Positions 31,039 to 40,436 of a DNA stretch of 64,000 nucleotides are shown here, piece by piece. Position 1 is the first letter of the stretch. Each line of letters opens with the position of its first letter. Position numbers and translations under genes: made by a program. The DNA is from an uncultured Candidatus Rokubacteria bacterium (GTDB taxonomy: Bacteria; Methylomirabilota; Methylomirabilia; Rokubacteriales; CSP1-6): NCBI GenBank assembly GCA_963762145.1, contig CAVXJS010000015.1, positions 160,001-224,000 of the forward strand, read 5' to 3'. Below the pieces are notes generated by a model. That model did not search any database and was not told the DNA's origin. It saw only the letters and a program-made list of their open reading frames with translations.

Positions 31039-31896
31039 GTGGCCACGGCCAGAAGCCGCGGCGCCCGCATCCGGTCCAACGTGTTCGCGTACGCGAACCT
31101 GACGCCGTACGTCTTCTTCGTGCTCTTCCCGTTCTACTTCATGATCGTGACGTCCTTCAAGTCGAACGCCGAGCTATACAACCTCAAGTCGATCCCGTTC
31201 TGGATCCAGAGTGGCGTGATCATGGACCACTACGCGCTCCTCTTCCAGAAGACCGATTTCGTCACCTGGATGAAGAACAGCCTGGCCGTGGCAGTTGTGG
31301 CGACGACGGTCTCGGTGGCCATCTCGATCCTGGCCGGCTACAGCCTGGCGCGCCTGCGCTTCCGCGGCGCCGCCGCCTTCGGCACCGCCATCTTCATCAC
31401 CTACCTGATCCCTCCGACCTTGCTCTTCCTCCCGCTGTCGCAGGTGGTCGTCTGGTTCGGGCTTGCCGACTCGATCTCCGCGCTCATGGTCATCTACCCG
31501 ACCTTCCTGGTGCCGTTCTGTACCTGGCTGCTGATGGGCTACTTCCGGACCATCCCGCGTGAGGTCGAGGAGTGCGCCCTCGTGGACGGTGCTACCCGCA
31601 TGCAGACCCTGTCGAAGATCGTGCTGCCGATGGCCATCCCCGGGGTCATTTGTGCCGTGCTCTTCAGCTTCACGCTCTGCTGGAACGAGTTCACCTACGC
31701 GCTCACCTTCATCTCCCAGTCCGCGAACAAGACGGCAGTGGTGGGCGTGACCTCGGACCTGATCCGCGGCGACATCTACTTTTGGGGCTCGCTCATGGCG
31801 GGCGCGCTGCTCGCGAGCATCCCCATCGTGATCGTGTACGTGCTCTTCCTCGACTACTACGTCTCCGGTCTCACCGCCGGCGCCGTCAAGGGTTAA
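31039..31896 (+). CDS. CUT1 ABC permease (MalG-like)
   Basis: GTG start; LFPFYFM, PREVEECALVDG, GDIYFWGSLMAG. Confidence 0.9.
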   Translation: MATARSRGARIRSNVFAYANLTPYVFFVLFPFYFMIVTSFKSNAELYNLKSIPFWIQSGVIMDHYALLFQKTDFVTWMKNSLAVAVVATTVSVAISILAGYSLARLRFRGAAAFGTAIFITYLIPPTLLFLPLSQVVVWFGLADSISALMVIYPTFLVPFCTWLLMGYFRTIPREVEECALVDGATRMQTLSKIVLPMAIPGVICAVLFSFTLCWNEFTYALTFISQSANKTAVVGVTSDLIRGDIYFWGSLMAGALLASIPIVIVYVLFLDYYVSGLTAGAVKG

Positions 31897-32954
31897 CCGC
31901 CGACCAGCGAGGCGACGGCTTTCCCTACCTCGGTGGTGGTGGCGGTGCCGCCGAGGTCGCGCGTGAGGCCCTTGCCCTCGGCCACGAAGCGCTCGATCGC
32001 CCCCACCACCGCCTGGGCCGCCTCGGGGTGCCCGAGGTGGTCGAGCAGCATCGCCCCCGTCCAGATCTGAGCGATCGGATTGGCGATGCCCTTGCCCGCG
32101 ATATCCGGCGCCGAGCCGTGGACCGGCTCGAACATGGACGGATACTCCTTCTCGGGGTTGATGTTGCCGCCCGGGGCGATCCCGATCGAGCCCGCGATGG
32201 CTGGGCCCAGGTCGGAGAGGATGTCGCCGAACAGGTTCGAGGCCACCACCACGTCGAACCAGTCCGGGTGCTGGACGAAGTGGGCGGTGAGGATGTCGAT
32301 GTGGTACTGGCTCGTCTTCACGTCGGGGTAGCTCTTGGCCATCGCGGCGAATCGCTCGTCCCAGTACGGCATGCTGTGGATGATGCCGTTCGACTTGGTG
32401 GCCGAGGTGACGTGACGCCGCGGCCGCTTCTTGGCCAGCTCGAAGGCGTAGCGCATCACCCGGTCGCAGCCGCGCCGGGTGAACACCGACTGCTGCACCG
32501 CCAGCTCGTGGGGCGTGTCCCGATAGAGGCGCCCGCCGATCTCCGAATACTCCCCTTCGTTGTTCTCGCGCACGATCAGCATGTCGATGTCCGCGGGGCC
32601 ACGATTGGCGAGAGGCGAGCGCACGCCCTGGAGCAGCCGCACCGGCCGCAGGTTCACGTACTGGTGGAATTCCCGGCGGATCGGGATGAGGAGCCCCCAG
32701 AGCGAGACGTGGTCCGGCACGCCGGGAAACCCCACCGCCCCCAGGTAGATGGCGTCGAAGCGGCGGAGCTGCTCGAGCCCGTCCTCGGGCATCATGCGAC
32801 CGGTGCGCGCGTAGGCCTCGCAGCTCCAGTCGAAGTGGGTCCACGAGAAATCCACCCCGAAGCGGCGACCGGCCGCCTCCAGCACCCGGATCCCCTCGGG
32901 CAGGACTTCCTTGCCGATACCGTCGCCGGGAATGACCGCGATCCGATGCGTCAT
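31893..32954 (-). CDS. Tartrate dehydrogenase/decarboxylase (D-malate dehydrogenase family)
   Basis: IAVIPGDGIGKEV, DHVSLWGLL, RENNEGEYS, SATKSNGI, NLFGDILSDL, FEPVHGSAPDIAG. Confidence 0.92.
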   Translation of the reverse strand: MTHRIAVIPGDGIGKEVLPEGIRVLEAAGRRFGVDFSWTHFDWSCEAYARTGRMMPEDGLEQLRRFDAIYLGAVGFPGVPDHVSLWGLLIPIRREFHQYVNLRPVRLLQGVRSPLANRGPADIDMLIVRENNEGEYSEIGGRLYRDTPHELAVQQSVFTRRGCDRVMRYAFELAKKRPRRHVTSATKSNGIIHSMPYWDERFAAMAKSYPDVKTSQYHIDILTAHFVQHPDWFDVVVASNLFGDILSDLGPAIAGSIGIAPGGNINPEKEYPSMFEPVHGSAPDIAGKGIANPIAQIWTGAMLLDHLGHPEAAQAVVGAIERFVAEGKGLTRDLGGTATTTEVGKAVASLVGG

Positions 32955-32965
32955 CGAACGCCTCC

Positions 32966-34480
32966 TCAACGCTGAGAGATGATCACCTGGGGGCCGGCCG
33001 GACCCGGCACGCGCAGCTCGCTGCGCGGGAATCCGGCGCGGCGGAACATGGCCTCGAGCTCGGCGAAGGTGTAGGCGTCACCGGCCGGGGTCGTGCAGAG
33101 CATCACGAGACTGAACATCGCGGCGTGCGGGGGCGTCACGCGCCCCTCGTCGGGCACGAACTCCACCGTCACCACCCGCCCGCCCGGGGCGAGGGCCCGC
33201 GCCACCTTGACGAGGAATCCCTCGCAGGTGGCCGGATCGAAGTGGTGGAGGAAGTTGGGTAGCAGCACGAGCTCGTACGGACCTCCGAGAGGCGTCTCGA
33301 AGGCGCTGCCGGCCAGCGCGTGGAAGCGCCCCTCCACGCCCGCCGCGCGCGCGTTCTCTCGCGCCACCGCCAGCACCGCGGGCCAGTCGAGCGCGGTGAC
33401 CTCCGCGGCTGGATAGGCCGCCGCGAACGCGAGGCCGAACAGGCCGTGGCCGGCGGCCACGTCGAGCACGCGGAGCGGGGCCGCCGCGTCCACCTCCACC
33501 GTGTCGACCACCGCGCGGGCCGGCGTCCGCATGAGCGGCGCCATGGCCCGCGCGAAGCGCACCCAGACCGAGTGCTCCGGCGTCACGGTGCCCGCACCGG
33601 CCAGCCGGGTGCCCCCGTGGCGCACCGCCTCCGCCACGTCGGCGAAGGCCTCGCGGAGCTCGGGCGCGTAGACGAAGTCCGCCGCGGCGGCAACGCACGC
33701 CGGCGATTGCCGATCGAGGAAGAGCGCGGAGTCGGCGGTCAGGGAGTAGGTGTCGCCGTCCTTCCGGAGAAGGCCGGCGGCGGTGAGGTAGTCGCAGAGG
33801 ATGCGCGTTCCGCGCGGCGAAGCCGCACAGCGCTCGGCCAGCGCGTGCACCGTGGCCGCGCCCGCCCCGATGGTGGTGAAGAGGTCCAGGTCGAGCGCCC
33901 CCTTGACGGCGGCGCTGCGCTGGTACGCGGTCATCGCCCCGAGGAACGCATCGGGCGACGGCGCCGCCGCCGCGGCCGGACCCCCCTCGAGCAGCGCGAC
34001 GACCTCCGGCGGGCGCAGGTGCAGGCGGAGCGCGCCGCGGCCGGGGGCCACCGGGCCGGAGCACTCGATGACCGCGACCCCGCTCTTGGCCATCTCGACG
34101 CGCGCCGAGCCGTCCCGGCTGATCAGGAGCCCGGCCAGGCGGGAGAGGGTCGGCTCGTGACCCACGCAGAGCAGCGCGGCGGTCTCGATCTTGGCCAGGC
34201 CCGCGAGCGTCGAGCCCGGATCGGCCTCATCTGCGAGCAGCTCGGTCAGCTCGGGAGGGGCCGCGCCGTAGATGCGGGCGGTGATCTCCGCGGTCTCGCG
34301 CGCCCGCACGAGCGGGCTCGAGAGCATCCGATCGAAGCGCAGGTCCATGCGCCGGAGCGCTTCGGCCACCCGCGCGTGCTCACGCCGCCCCGCGTCGGTG
34401 AGCGGGCGCCGGCGGTCGTCGGGCCAGCGGCGCGAATCCGCCGCGCCCGCCTCGCCGTGGCGCATCAGGATCAGGAGCAC
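32966..34480 (-). CDS. Fusion of SixA-like phosphohistidine phosphatase (N-term) and class I SAM-dependent O-methyltransferase (C-term)
   Basis: MRHGEA, RPLTDAG, SSPLVRARETA, CVGHEP; then dimerisation wHTH region, VLDVAAGHG, NFLHHF, LAPGGR. Confidence 0.82.
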   Translation of the reverse strand: MLLILMRHGEAGAADSRRWPDDRRRPLTDAGRREHARVAEALRRMDLRFDRMLSSPLVRARETAEITARIYGAAPPELTELLADEADPGSTLAGLAKIETAALLCVGHEPTLSRLAGLLISRDGSARVEMAKSGVAVIECSGPVAPGRGALRLHLRPPEVVALLEGGPAAAAAPSPDAFLGAMTAYQRSAAVKGALDLDLFTTIGAGAATVHALAERCAASPRGTRILCDYLTAAGLLRKDGDTYSLTADSALFLDRQSPACVAAAADFVYAPELREAFADVAEAVRHGGTRLAGAGTVTPEHSVWVRFARAMAPLMRTPARAVVDTVEVDAAAPLRVLDVAAGHGLFGLAFAAAYPAAEVTALDWPAVLAVARENARAAGVEGRFHALAGSAFETPLGGPYELVLLPNFLHHFDPATCEGFLVKVARALAPGGRVVTVEFVPDEGRVTPPHAAMFSLVMLCTTPAGDAYTFAELEAMFRRAGFPRSELRVPGPAGPQVIISQR

Positions 34481-34572
34481 GGCGACTACTATCGCACGAG
34501 TTCCGGGCCATTGGATGCGCGCCCGGCCAGCCCAGTGGTGAACGGGGCCGGATGGGGATAGAGTGACACTTC

Positions 34573-35007
34573 ATGAAGCTCGCTCCCGAGATCTCGCTGC
34601 TCGGCGGGCTGGTCGTCCTGCTCATCGTGACCATCCTCTTCATGGTGCTGTGGGGTCGCCGGCGGAGCCGTGGTCCGGCCGAGGAGGCGGCTCCACCCGT
34701 CGCCGCGCGCGGTCCTGAGGACGTCGCGCCGTGGGTTATCGAGGGCCAGCTGCTCTTCAACCTGTGGCAGGAAAGGATCGAACGTTTGGAAGAGCTGAAG
34801 GGGCGCCTGTCCGGAATGGCGCAGGAAATCGAGCAGCTGCGGGCCGAGATCGGTCACATCGATGAAATGCGCGCCCAGATCACCCGGCTCGTCGAGGAGG
34901 GCGAGCGCTACCGGGCGGAGCGGGACCAACTTCGCGAGATCCTGGCCCGTATCGCCGCCATCGCCCAAGAGGCGGCGGCTCAGCCCGGGGATCCGGGGAA
35001 CGTGTGA
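34573..35007 (+). CDS. Hypothetical membrane-anchored coiled-coil protein
   Basis: N-terminal TM helix followed by E/R/Q/L-rich heptads. Confidence 0.7.
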   Translation: MKLAPEISLLGGLVVLLIVTILFMVLWGRRRSRGPAEEAAPPVAARGPEDVAPWVIEGQLLFNLWQERIERLEELKGRLSGMAQEIEQLRAEIGHIDEMRAQITRLVEEGERYRAERDQLREILARIAAIAQEAAAQPGDPGNV

Positions 35008-35381
35008 GGGCCAAATGGATGCTCGTGGTGTTCGGCCCGGTCCTGCTCACCGCGATCGGGAGCGTCCTCGTGATGCTGCTGGTCCCCCATCCGGTACCCA
35101 AGACGGCCAGCGGCGGCCAGCGGCTCTACCTGACCCACTGCGCCACCTGTCACGGGGCCGATGGGCGGGGGTCCTGGCGGGCCACGGTCTTCCTGATGCG
35201 CCCGGGTGACCTGTCGGATCCGCGACTGATAGACCGGCTCCCGGACGACTACCTCTTCACGTTGATCAAGAACGGGGGAGCGACGCTCGGCAAGCCCGGC
35301 ATGCCGTCCTTCGGCTACCACCTGAAGGACGACCAGATCCCCGAGTTGATCCGCTATCTGAGAACCCTACCGAAACGTTAG
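35004..35381 (+). CDS. Mono-heme cytochrome c (class I)
   Basis: N-terminal TM helix, CATCHG heme motif, GMPSF distal Met. Confidence 0.9.
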   Translation: MRAKWMLVVFGPVLLTAIGSVLVMLLVPHPVPKTASGGQRLYLTHCATCHGADGRGSWRATVFLMRPGDLSDPRLIDRLPDDYLFTLIKNGGATLGKPGMPSFGYHLKDDQIPELIRYLRTLPKR

Positions 35382-35487
35382 ACCGGGGAGCAGTGGCAGG
35401 GCGAGGCGCAACCGCCGAAGGCGAGCCGAGCGAATACAAAATGAAGCAAGGCAGGTAAGCCCGAACGGGTCGCCCGACCCGAGAGCT

Positions 35488-37575
35488 CTAGGCGCGCGGC
35501 CGGATATCCGACATCGTCGCGCCCAGCACCGCCTTGTCGAAGGGCTTGTTGATCACGAAGTTCACGCGACTGCGCTCCTCGCGCGTGATCTCGGTCTCGC
35601 CCCACCCGGTGATGAGACCCACCGGCAGGCCCGGCCAGCGCTCCTGGATGGAGGCGGCCACGTCCCAGCCGTTCATGTCGGGCATGCCCAGGTCGCTGAT
35701 CACCACGTCCACCAGCTCGCGATTCGACTCGAGGAAGGACAGGCCCTCGCGGCCGCCGGGGGCCTGGGTGACCGAGTGCCCCTGCTCCTCGAGCATCTCG
35801 GCCAGCGTGCTCCGCACCTGCAGCTCGTCGTCGATCACCAGGATGCGGAGCGGCAGCGCCGGCGACTTCTGCTCGAGCCCGCCGCTCGTCTTGGCGACCG
35901 CGGTGGCCTTGGAGGCGGTCGGCAGGCTGACCTCGACGGAGGTGCCCTGCCCCTCCGTGCTCTCGAGCGTCAGGGTCCCGCCGTACCGCTGCACGGTGCC
36001 GTAGGCCACGCTGAGCCCCAGCCCGGTGGCCTTGGGTCCCTTGGTGGTGAAGAAGGGCTCGAGCGCCCGTCGCCGCACTTCCTCGGGCATGCCCGCGCCG
36101 GTGTCGGTGACCGAGCAGTACACGCGATCGTCCTTGGCCCAGGTCTTCAGCGTGACGCGGCCGCCGCCCTGGGTGATGGCGTCGGCGGCGTTGAGCACCA
36201 GGTTCATCAGCACCTCGCGCAGCGGCGCCGGCTCGCCGGAGGCCGCCGCGATGACGCCCGCCTCCACCACCACCTCGATGCGGCTGCCGCGCAGCTGCGC
36301 CTCGTCGTGCCAGCGCGGCCGCGTGAGCTCGACCACCTCTTGCACGAGCTGGTTGAGATCCACCGCCACGTCGGAGACCGGCTGCACGCGACTGAACCGC
36401 TGCACGCGCCGCACCACCTCCGCGCCGTCCTGGGCGGTGCGCTGGATGATCTCGAGCGAGCGCCGCATGCCGGCCTCCTGGACCTTGCCCATCATGAGCT
36501 CGACCCGCCCCAGGATCACCGCGAAGAGGTTGTTGAGATGATGGGCCATCCCGGACGAGAGCTGACCCATCGCGCGCAGCGTCTCGCCGCGCACGAGCTG
36601 GCCCTGGGTGGACTTGAGGTCGTCCACCACGTTCTGGAGCTGCGAGGCGGAGGACTGCGCTTCCTCGAGGAGGCGCGAGTTGTCCACCGCGTAGCCGATG
36701 TAGGTCATCAGCGCGTTCAGGAACTGAAGGTCGGTGGAGCTGAACGGAGGCGGGCGCAGCGCGTCCGAGACCACGCCGTCGCGGCGCTTGGCCATGTTGA
36801 TCACGCCGATCACGCGGTCGCCGACCCGGATCGGCATGCAGATGAACGAGCCGTTGCCGTACTGGGGATCGTTGGCCTTGTTGAAGCGCGGATCGGAGGC
36901 GATGTCGTCCACCAGCACCGGCTCGCCCATCTCCACCACCTTGCCCGCCACTCCCTCGCCCACCTTCACCTCGACCGCGGGCACCACCGCGTCGGGGATG
37001 CCGCGGGAGGCCGCGAGCTTCAGCACCGTCCGGTCGCGGTCGAGGATCATGATGGAGCCGACGGTCGCGCGCACCGCGCGCATGGTGGACTGCAGCACCA
37101 GGCCCAGCAGGTCCTGGATCTTCGGGATGCGGGCGGCCAGCTCGACCATCTCGTTGAGGGTGCCGAGCTTGAAGACCAGATCCTCGAGCCGCTGGGTGGA
37201 GCCGCGCAGGTCGTCGAGCATGTGGTAGAAGGCGTCCCGCACCTGGCCGATCTCGGTGACCTCGCCGAGGCCGGGCACCGCGCCGGTGCCGCGATCGCGC
37301 CGGCGGAGCGCGTCCGCCTTCACCTCGCTCGGCGACAGGAAGCCCTGCGCGAGCTGGGCGATCTGGTCGACCATCTTCCGGAAGACCAGGAAGCCGAGGA
37401 TGGACACCACGACGGCCGCGAACAGGCCGACCTGCGCCTCCGTGCTGTGGAGCATCTCGTGGCGCGAGAGCAGGTAGACGAACAGGAGGATGGGCAGGAG
37501 CGCGACGAGCGCGAACACGATCGAGGCCGCTTCGCGCAGGCTCATGGTCCGGGAGCGGCGCCGATTCTTCCCCAT
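35488..37575 (-). CDS. Hybrid sensor histidine kinase (2TM-GAF-HisKA-HATPase-REC)
   Basis: GAF (GEGVAGKV, PIRVGDRVIGVINM), H-box MAHHLNN, NLVLNA, DTGAG, FFTTK, GLGL; REC IDDE...SDLGMPDMNG...KP. Confidence 0.92.
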   Translation of the reverse strand: MGKNRRRSRTMSLREAASIVFALVALLPILLFVYLLSRHEMLHSTEAQVGLFAAVVVSILGFLVFRKMVDQIAQLAQGFLSPSEVKADALRRRDRGTGAVPGLGEVTEIGQVRDAFYHMLDDLRGSTQRLEDLVFKLGTLNEMVELAARIPKIQDLLGLVLQSTMRAVRATVGSIMILDRDRTVLKLAASRGIPDAVVPAVEVKVGEGVAGKVVEMGEPVLVDDIASDPRFNKANDPQYGNGSFICMPIRVGDRVIGVINMAKRRDGVVSDALRPPPFSSTDLQFLNALMTYIGYAVDNSRLLEEAQSSASQLQNVVDDLKSTQGQLVRGETLRAMGQLSSGMAHHLNNLFAVILGRVELMMGKVQEAGMRRSLEIIQRTAQDGAEVVRRVQRFSRVQPVSDVAVDLNQLVQEVVELTRPRWHDEAQLRGSRIEVVVEAGVIAAASGEPAPLREVLMNLVLNAADAITQGGGRVTLKTWAKDDRVYCSVTDTGAGMPEEVRRRALEPFFTTKGPKATGLGLSVAYGTVQRYGGTLTLESTEGQGTSVEVSLPTASKATAVAKTSGGLEQKSPALPLRILVIDDELQVRSTLAEMLEEQGHSVTQAPGGREGLSFLESNRELVDVVISDLGMPDMNGWDVAASIQERWPGLPVGLITGWGETEITREERSRVNFVINKPFDKAVLGATMSDIRPRA

Positions 37576-37607
37576 GGTGTCCTTGACCTTAGCTGAGGGT
37601 GCTGGAT

Positions 37608-37935
37608 TTACCGAATTTTCTGGATCTCGACCGCGATCAGTCGGCCCGGCTCCTGGCGGACGGTCACGCGAACCCGGTCGCCCCGGTGCAGGTCGGCCCC
37701 GTCCAGCAGCCCGCTGGATTCCGCGAAGATCGCCATGGACTCCATCTCATCCATGAATCCCGGCACCTTGTCGTGGCGGACCAGCAGCAGCGTTGGCCCG
37801 CCCCGCGCCTCGAAGATCCCGGTGACCCGGTAGAGCCCGGGTCCCGGAAAGGCGGCCCGGTAAGTTCCCCAGATGCCGGCCGCGAAGCCGGCGAGGAGCA
37901 GCAGGAACAGCGCGGGAACGGCCGCGCGCCGGAAC
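37608..37935 (-). CDS. CusF-like copper-binding OB-fold protein; start codon not identifiable
   Basis: TM helix then VRHDKVPGFMDEMESM and LHRGDRVRVTV. Confidence 0.6.
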
Positions 37936-37945
37936 GCGATTGCGC

Positions 37946-38305
37946 CTACTCGACGTCTTCCGGGGGGGGAATCTTGCCCGCCACGTGCTCGGGGGTCAGG
38001 ATCCAGGTGCCGGCGCAACCTTCCTTGAACGTGTCGACCGCGGCGCGGTAGGCGCTGCCAAAAGTGATGATCATCAACGCGGTGCTGGCCACGGTGCCGA
38101 GACCGCAGACGATGGCCTTGCCGGGCACGTAGACCACGTTCAGGAACCCGGCGCCGACGCGGTCCCCGTCGGTGACCTCGACGTCCGCCGCGCCCGTCGA
38201 GAGCTCGGCCGCCTGGACCACGGCCGCCCGCGACAGCAGCGGGCCGGTCAGCGCCATGAGCGCGACGAGCAGCCCACACAGCCATTTCGTGGCATCCCGC
38301 ATCAT
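37946..38305 (-). CDS. Hypothetical secreted/membrane protein
   Basis: AGGAG SD, signal-peptide-like N-terminus, two Cys in the mature region. Confidence 0.65.
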   Translation of the reverse strand: MMRDATKWLCGLLVALMALTGPLLSRAAVVQAAELSTGAADVEVTDGDRVGAGFLNVVYVPGKAIVCGLGTVASTALMIITFGSAYRAAVDTFKEGCAGTWILTPEHVAGKIPPPEDVE

Positions 38306-38573
38306 GTGTCTCCTTCTCCGGGTGGTGAATCTCCGTATGCATCTCATAAGGTACAACGAATTGATTATCTGCACCTAGATGCACAGGCGGCCGGCTGACC
38401 CGCCCGCCCTGCTCCTTCCCGGCGCCGGCCGGCCGGCACCGCCGGCTCGAACTCCTTCCAGATCAATAGCTTGCCCTGCATGGGCGTCCCCTCGACATCG
38501 CTCCGCGAGGGTCGTAGACTCTCGGGTGCCGGCCGTCGGCGCGCGTCACAACCCTACGCAAGGAGACACACCC

Positions 38574-39506
38574 ATGAAGATCGTCCGCTTCTCCCAGAAC
38601 GGTCACGCCCCCCGGCTCGGCTGCTTCCTCGGTAGCGACCGCATCGCCGATCTCGAGGCGAGCGCGGCCGCGTTCCTCGCGGCCCGCGGCGTGGTGCGCG
38701 CGCCGATCATCGCGGCGGCGCTCTTTCCGCACGACAGCACCCGCGGCTTCCTGGAGGGCGGCAGCGCGAGCCAGGACATGCTGACCGCCATGATGGACGC
38801 GGCGCGCGGCGGCAAGTTCCAGCCGGTGGCCCACGCCCTGTCCTCGGTGCGCCTGCACGCGCCGATCGCGGACCCGGGGAAGTTCATCTGCATCGGCCTC
38901 AACTACAAGGACCACGCGGCGGAGACAAACAACCCGGCGCCCAAGCAGCCGCCGGTATTCCCCAAGTGGGCCAACGGCATCCAGGATCCGGGCGAGCCGG
39001 TCCTGCGGCCGCGCGGGGAGAAGACGCTGGACTGGGAGGTCGAGCTGGGCGTGGTGATCGGGCGCACCGCCCGCTTCGTAAAGAAGGAGCAGGCCCTCGA
39101 CTACGTGTACGGCTACACCATCATCAACGACGTGAGCGCCCGCGACTTCCAGTTTCACACCACCCAGTGGAGCGCGGGCAAGGTGGGAGATACCCTCGCG
39201 CCGGTCGGCCCGTACATCGCGGATCGCACCGAGATCCCGGATCCCCACGTGCTGGATCTCAAGGCCTGGGTCAACGGCCAGCTCATGCAGGACGGCTCCA
39301 CGCGCAACTTCATCTTCGACATCGGCTACATCGTGGAGTACCTCACCAACTTCATGACGCTCTCCCCGGGAGATCTCATCGCGACCGGCACTCCCGCCGG
39401 GGTCGGCTTCTCGCGCAAGCCGCAGGTGACGCTGCAGCCGGGCGACCGCATGAAGCTCGAGATCACCGGGCTCGGCTCGCTCGAGAACAGCGTGAAGGAC
39501 GCCTGA
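38574..39506 (+). CDS. Fumarylacetoacetate hydrolase family protein
   Basis: CIGLNYKDH, DWEVELGVVIG, NDVSARD, GDLIATGTPAGVG. Confidence 0.93.
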   Translation: MKIVRFSQNGHAPRLGCFLGSDRIADLEASAAAFLAARGVVRAPIIAAALFPHDSTRGFLEGGSASQDMLTAMMDAARGGKFQPVAHALSSVRLHAPIADPGKFICIGLNYKDHAAETNNPAPKQPPVFPKWANGIQDPGEPVLRPRGEKTLDWEVELGVVIGRTARFVKKEQALDYVYGYTIINDVSARDFQFHTTQWSAGKVGDTLAPVGPYIADRTEIPDPHVLDLKAWVNGQLMQDGSTRNFIFDIGYIVEYLTNFMTLSPGDLIATGTPAGVGFSRKPQVTLQPGDRMKLEITGLGSLENSVKDA

Positions 39507-39521
39507 GGGGCGCGCGCGGCG

Positions 39522-40436
39522 ATGGCGGTCCGCTCGTTCCTGCACTACGCGCTGGAGGTGCCCGACCAGGCGGTCGGGCAGCGGTTCTACGAAGATTTCG
39601 GCCTGGTGGACGGCACCGGCTCGAGCGACGCGGTCCGCCTGCGACCCGAGCGCGTCGGGCGCGACACGGTGCTGCTCTTTGCGGGCCCGCACAAGCGCCT
39701 CCACCATCTCTGCTACGGGGCCCCCGGGGAGGACTTCGCGCGGGTGCGAGGAGCGCTCCGGAGCGCGGAGATTCCCGAGATGGATGCTCCCGCCGGGGCC
39801 CCGGAGGGCGGCGTCTGGTTCCGCGATCCGGACGGCAACGCGGTGAACGTCCGGGACGAAGCCGCGCCCACGCCGCCGGCGGACCCGCCGATGACGCTCA
39901 ACGGCCCCGGCTATACCCAGCGCGAGGCCGCGCGGGGCTACCCGGAGCGCGGCCTGCGGATCGCCCCGCGCAAGCTCGGCCACGTCCTCCTCTTCACCCC
40001 CGACATGGAGCGCCTCATGCGCTTCTACACCGGGACGCTCGGCATGAAGCTTTCGGACCGCTCGCGGGGCATCATCGCGTTCCTGCGCTGCAACACCGAT
40101 CACCACACCCTGGCCCTGCTCTCCTCGCGCGCGCCGGGCTTCCACCACGCGTCGTTCCAGGTGGGCAGCGTTGACGAGATCGCGATGGGCGCGGTGCGCA
40201 TGGCGGAGCGGGGCTGGCAGCCCGGCTGGGGGCTCGGCCGCCACGTGATCGGCTCCAACTTCTTCTTCTACCTGCGGGATCCGTGGGGCAGCTTCAGCGA
40301 GTACTACTTCGACCTCGACTACATCCCGGAGGCGTGCGCGTGGGAGCCACGCGACTTCCCGCCCGAGGATTCCCTCTACGTGTGGGGTCCGTCGTGTCCG
40401 GCCGACTTCGGCGAGAACAAGGAAGCATGGACCTAG
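39522..40436 (+). CDS. VOC/glyoxalase-fold extradiol ring-cleavage dioxygenase-like protein
   Basis: Two VOC domains; KLGHVLL, DHH, FHHASF, GLGRH, YLRDPWGSFSEY metal-ligand pattern. Confidence 0.85.
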   Translation: MAVRSFLHYALEVPDQAVGQRFYEDFGLVDGTGSSDAVRLRPERVGRDTVLLFAGPHKRLHHLCYGAPGEDFARVRGALRSAEIPEMDAPAGAPEGGVWFRDPDGNAVNVRDEAAPTPPADPPMTLNGPGYTQREAARGYPERGLRIAPRKLGHVLLFTPDMERLMRFYTGTLGMKLSDRSRGIIAFLRCNTDHHTLALLSSRAPGFHHASFQVGSVDEIAMGAVRMAERGWQPGWGLGRHVIGSNFFFYLRDPWGSFSEYYFDLDYIPEACAWEPRDFPPEDSLYVWGPSCPADFGENKEAWT

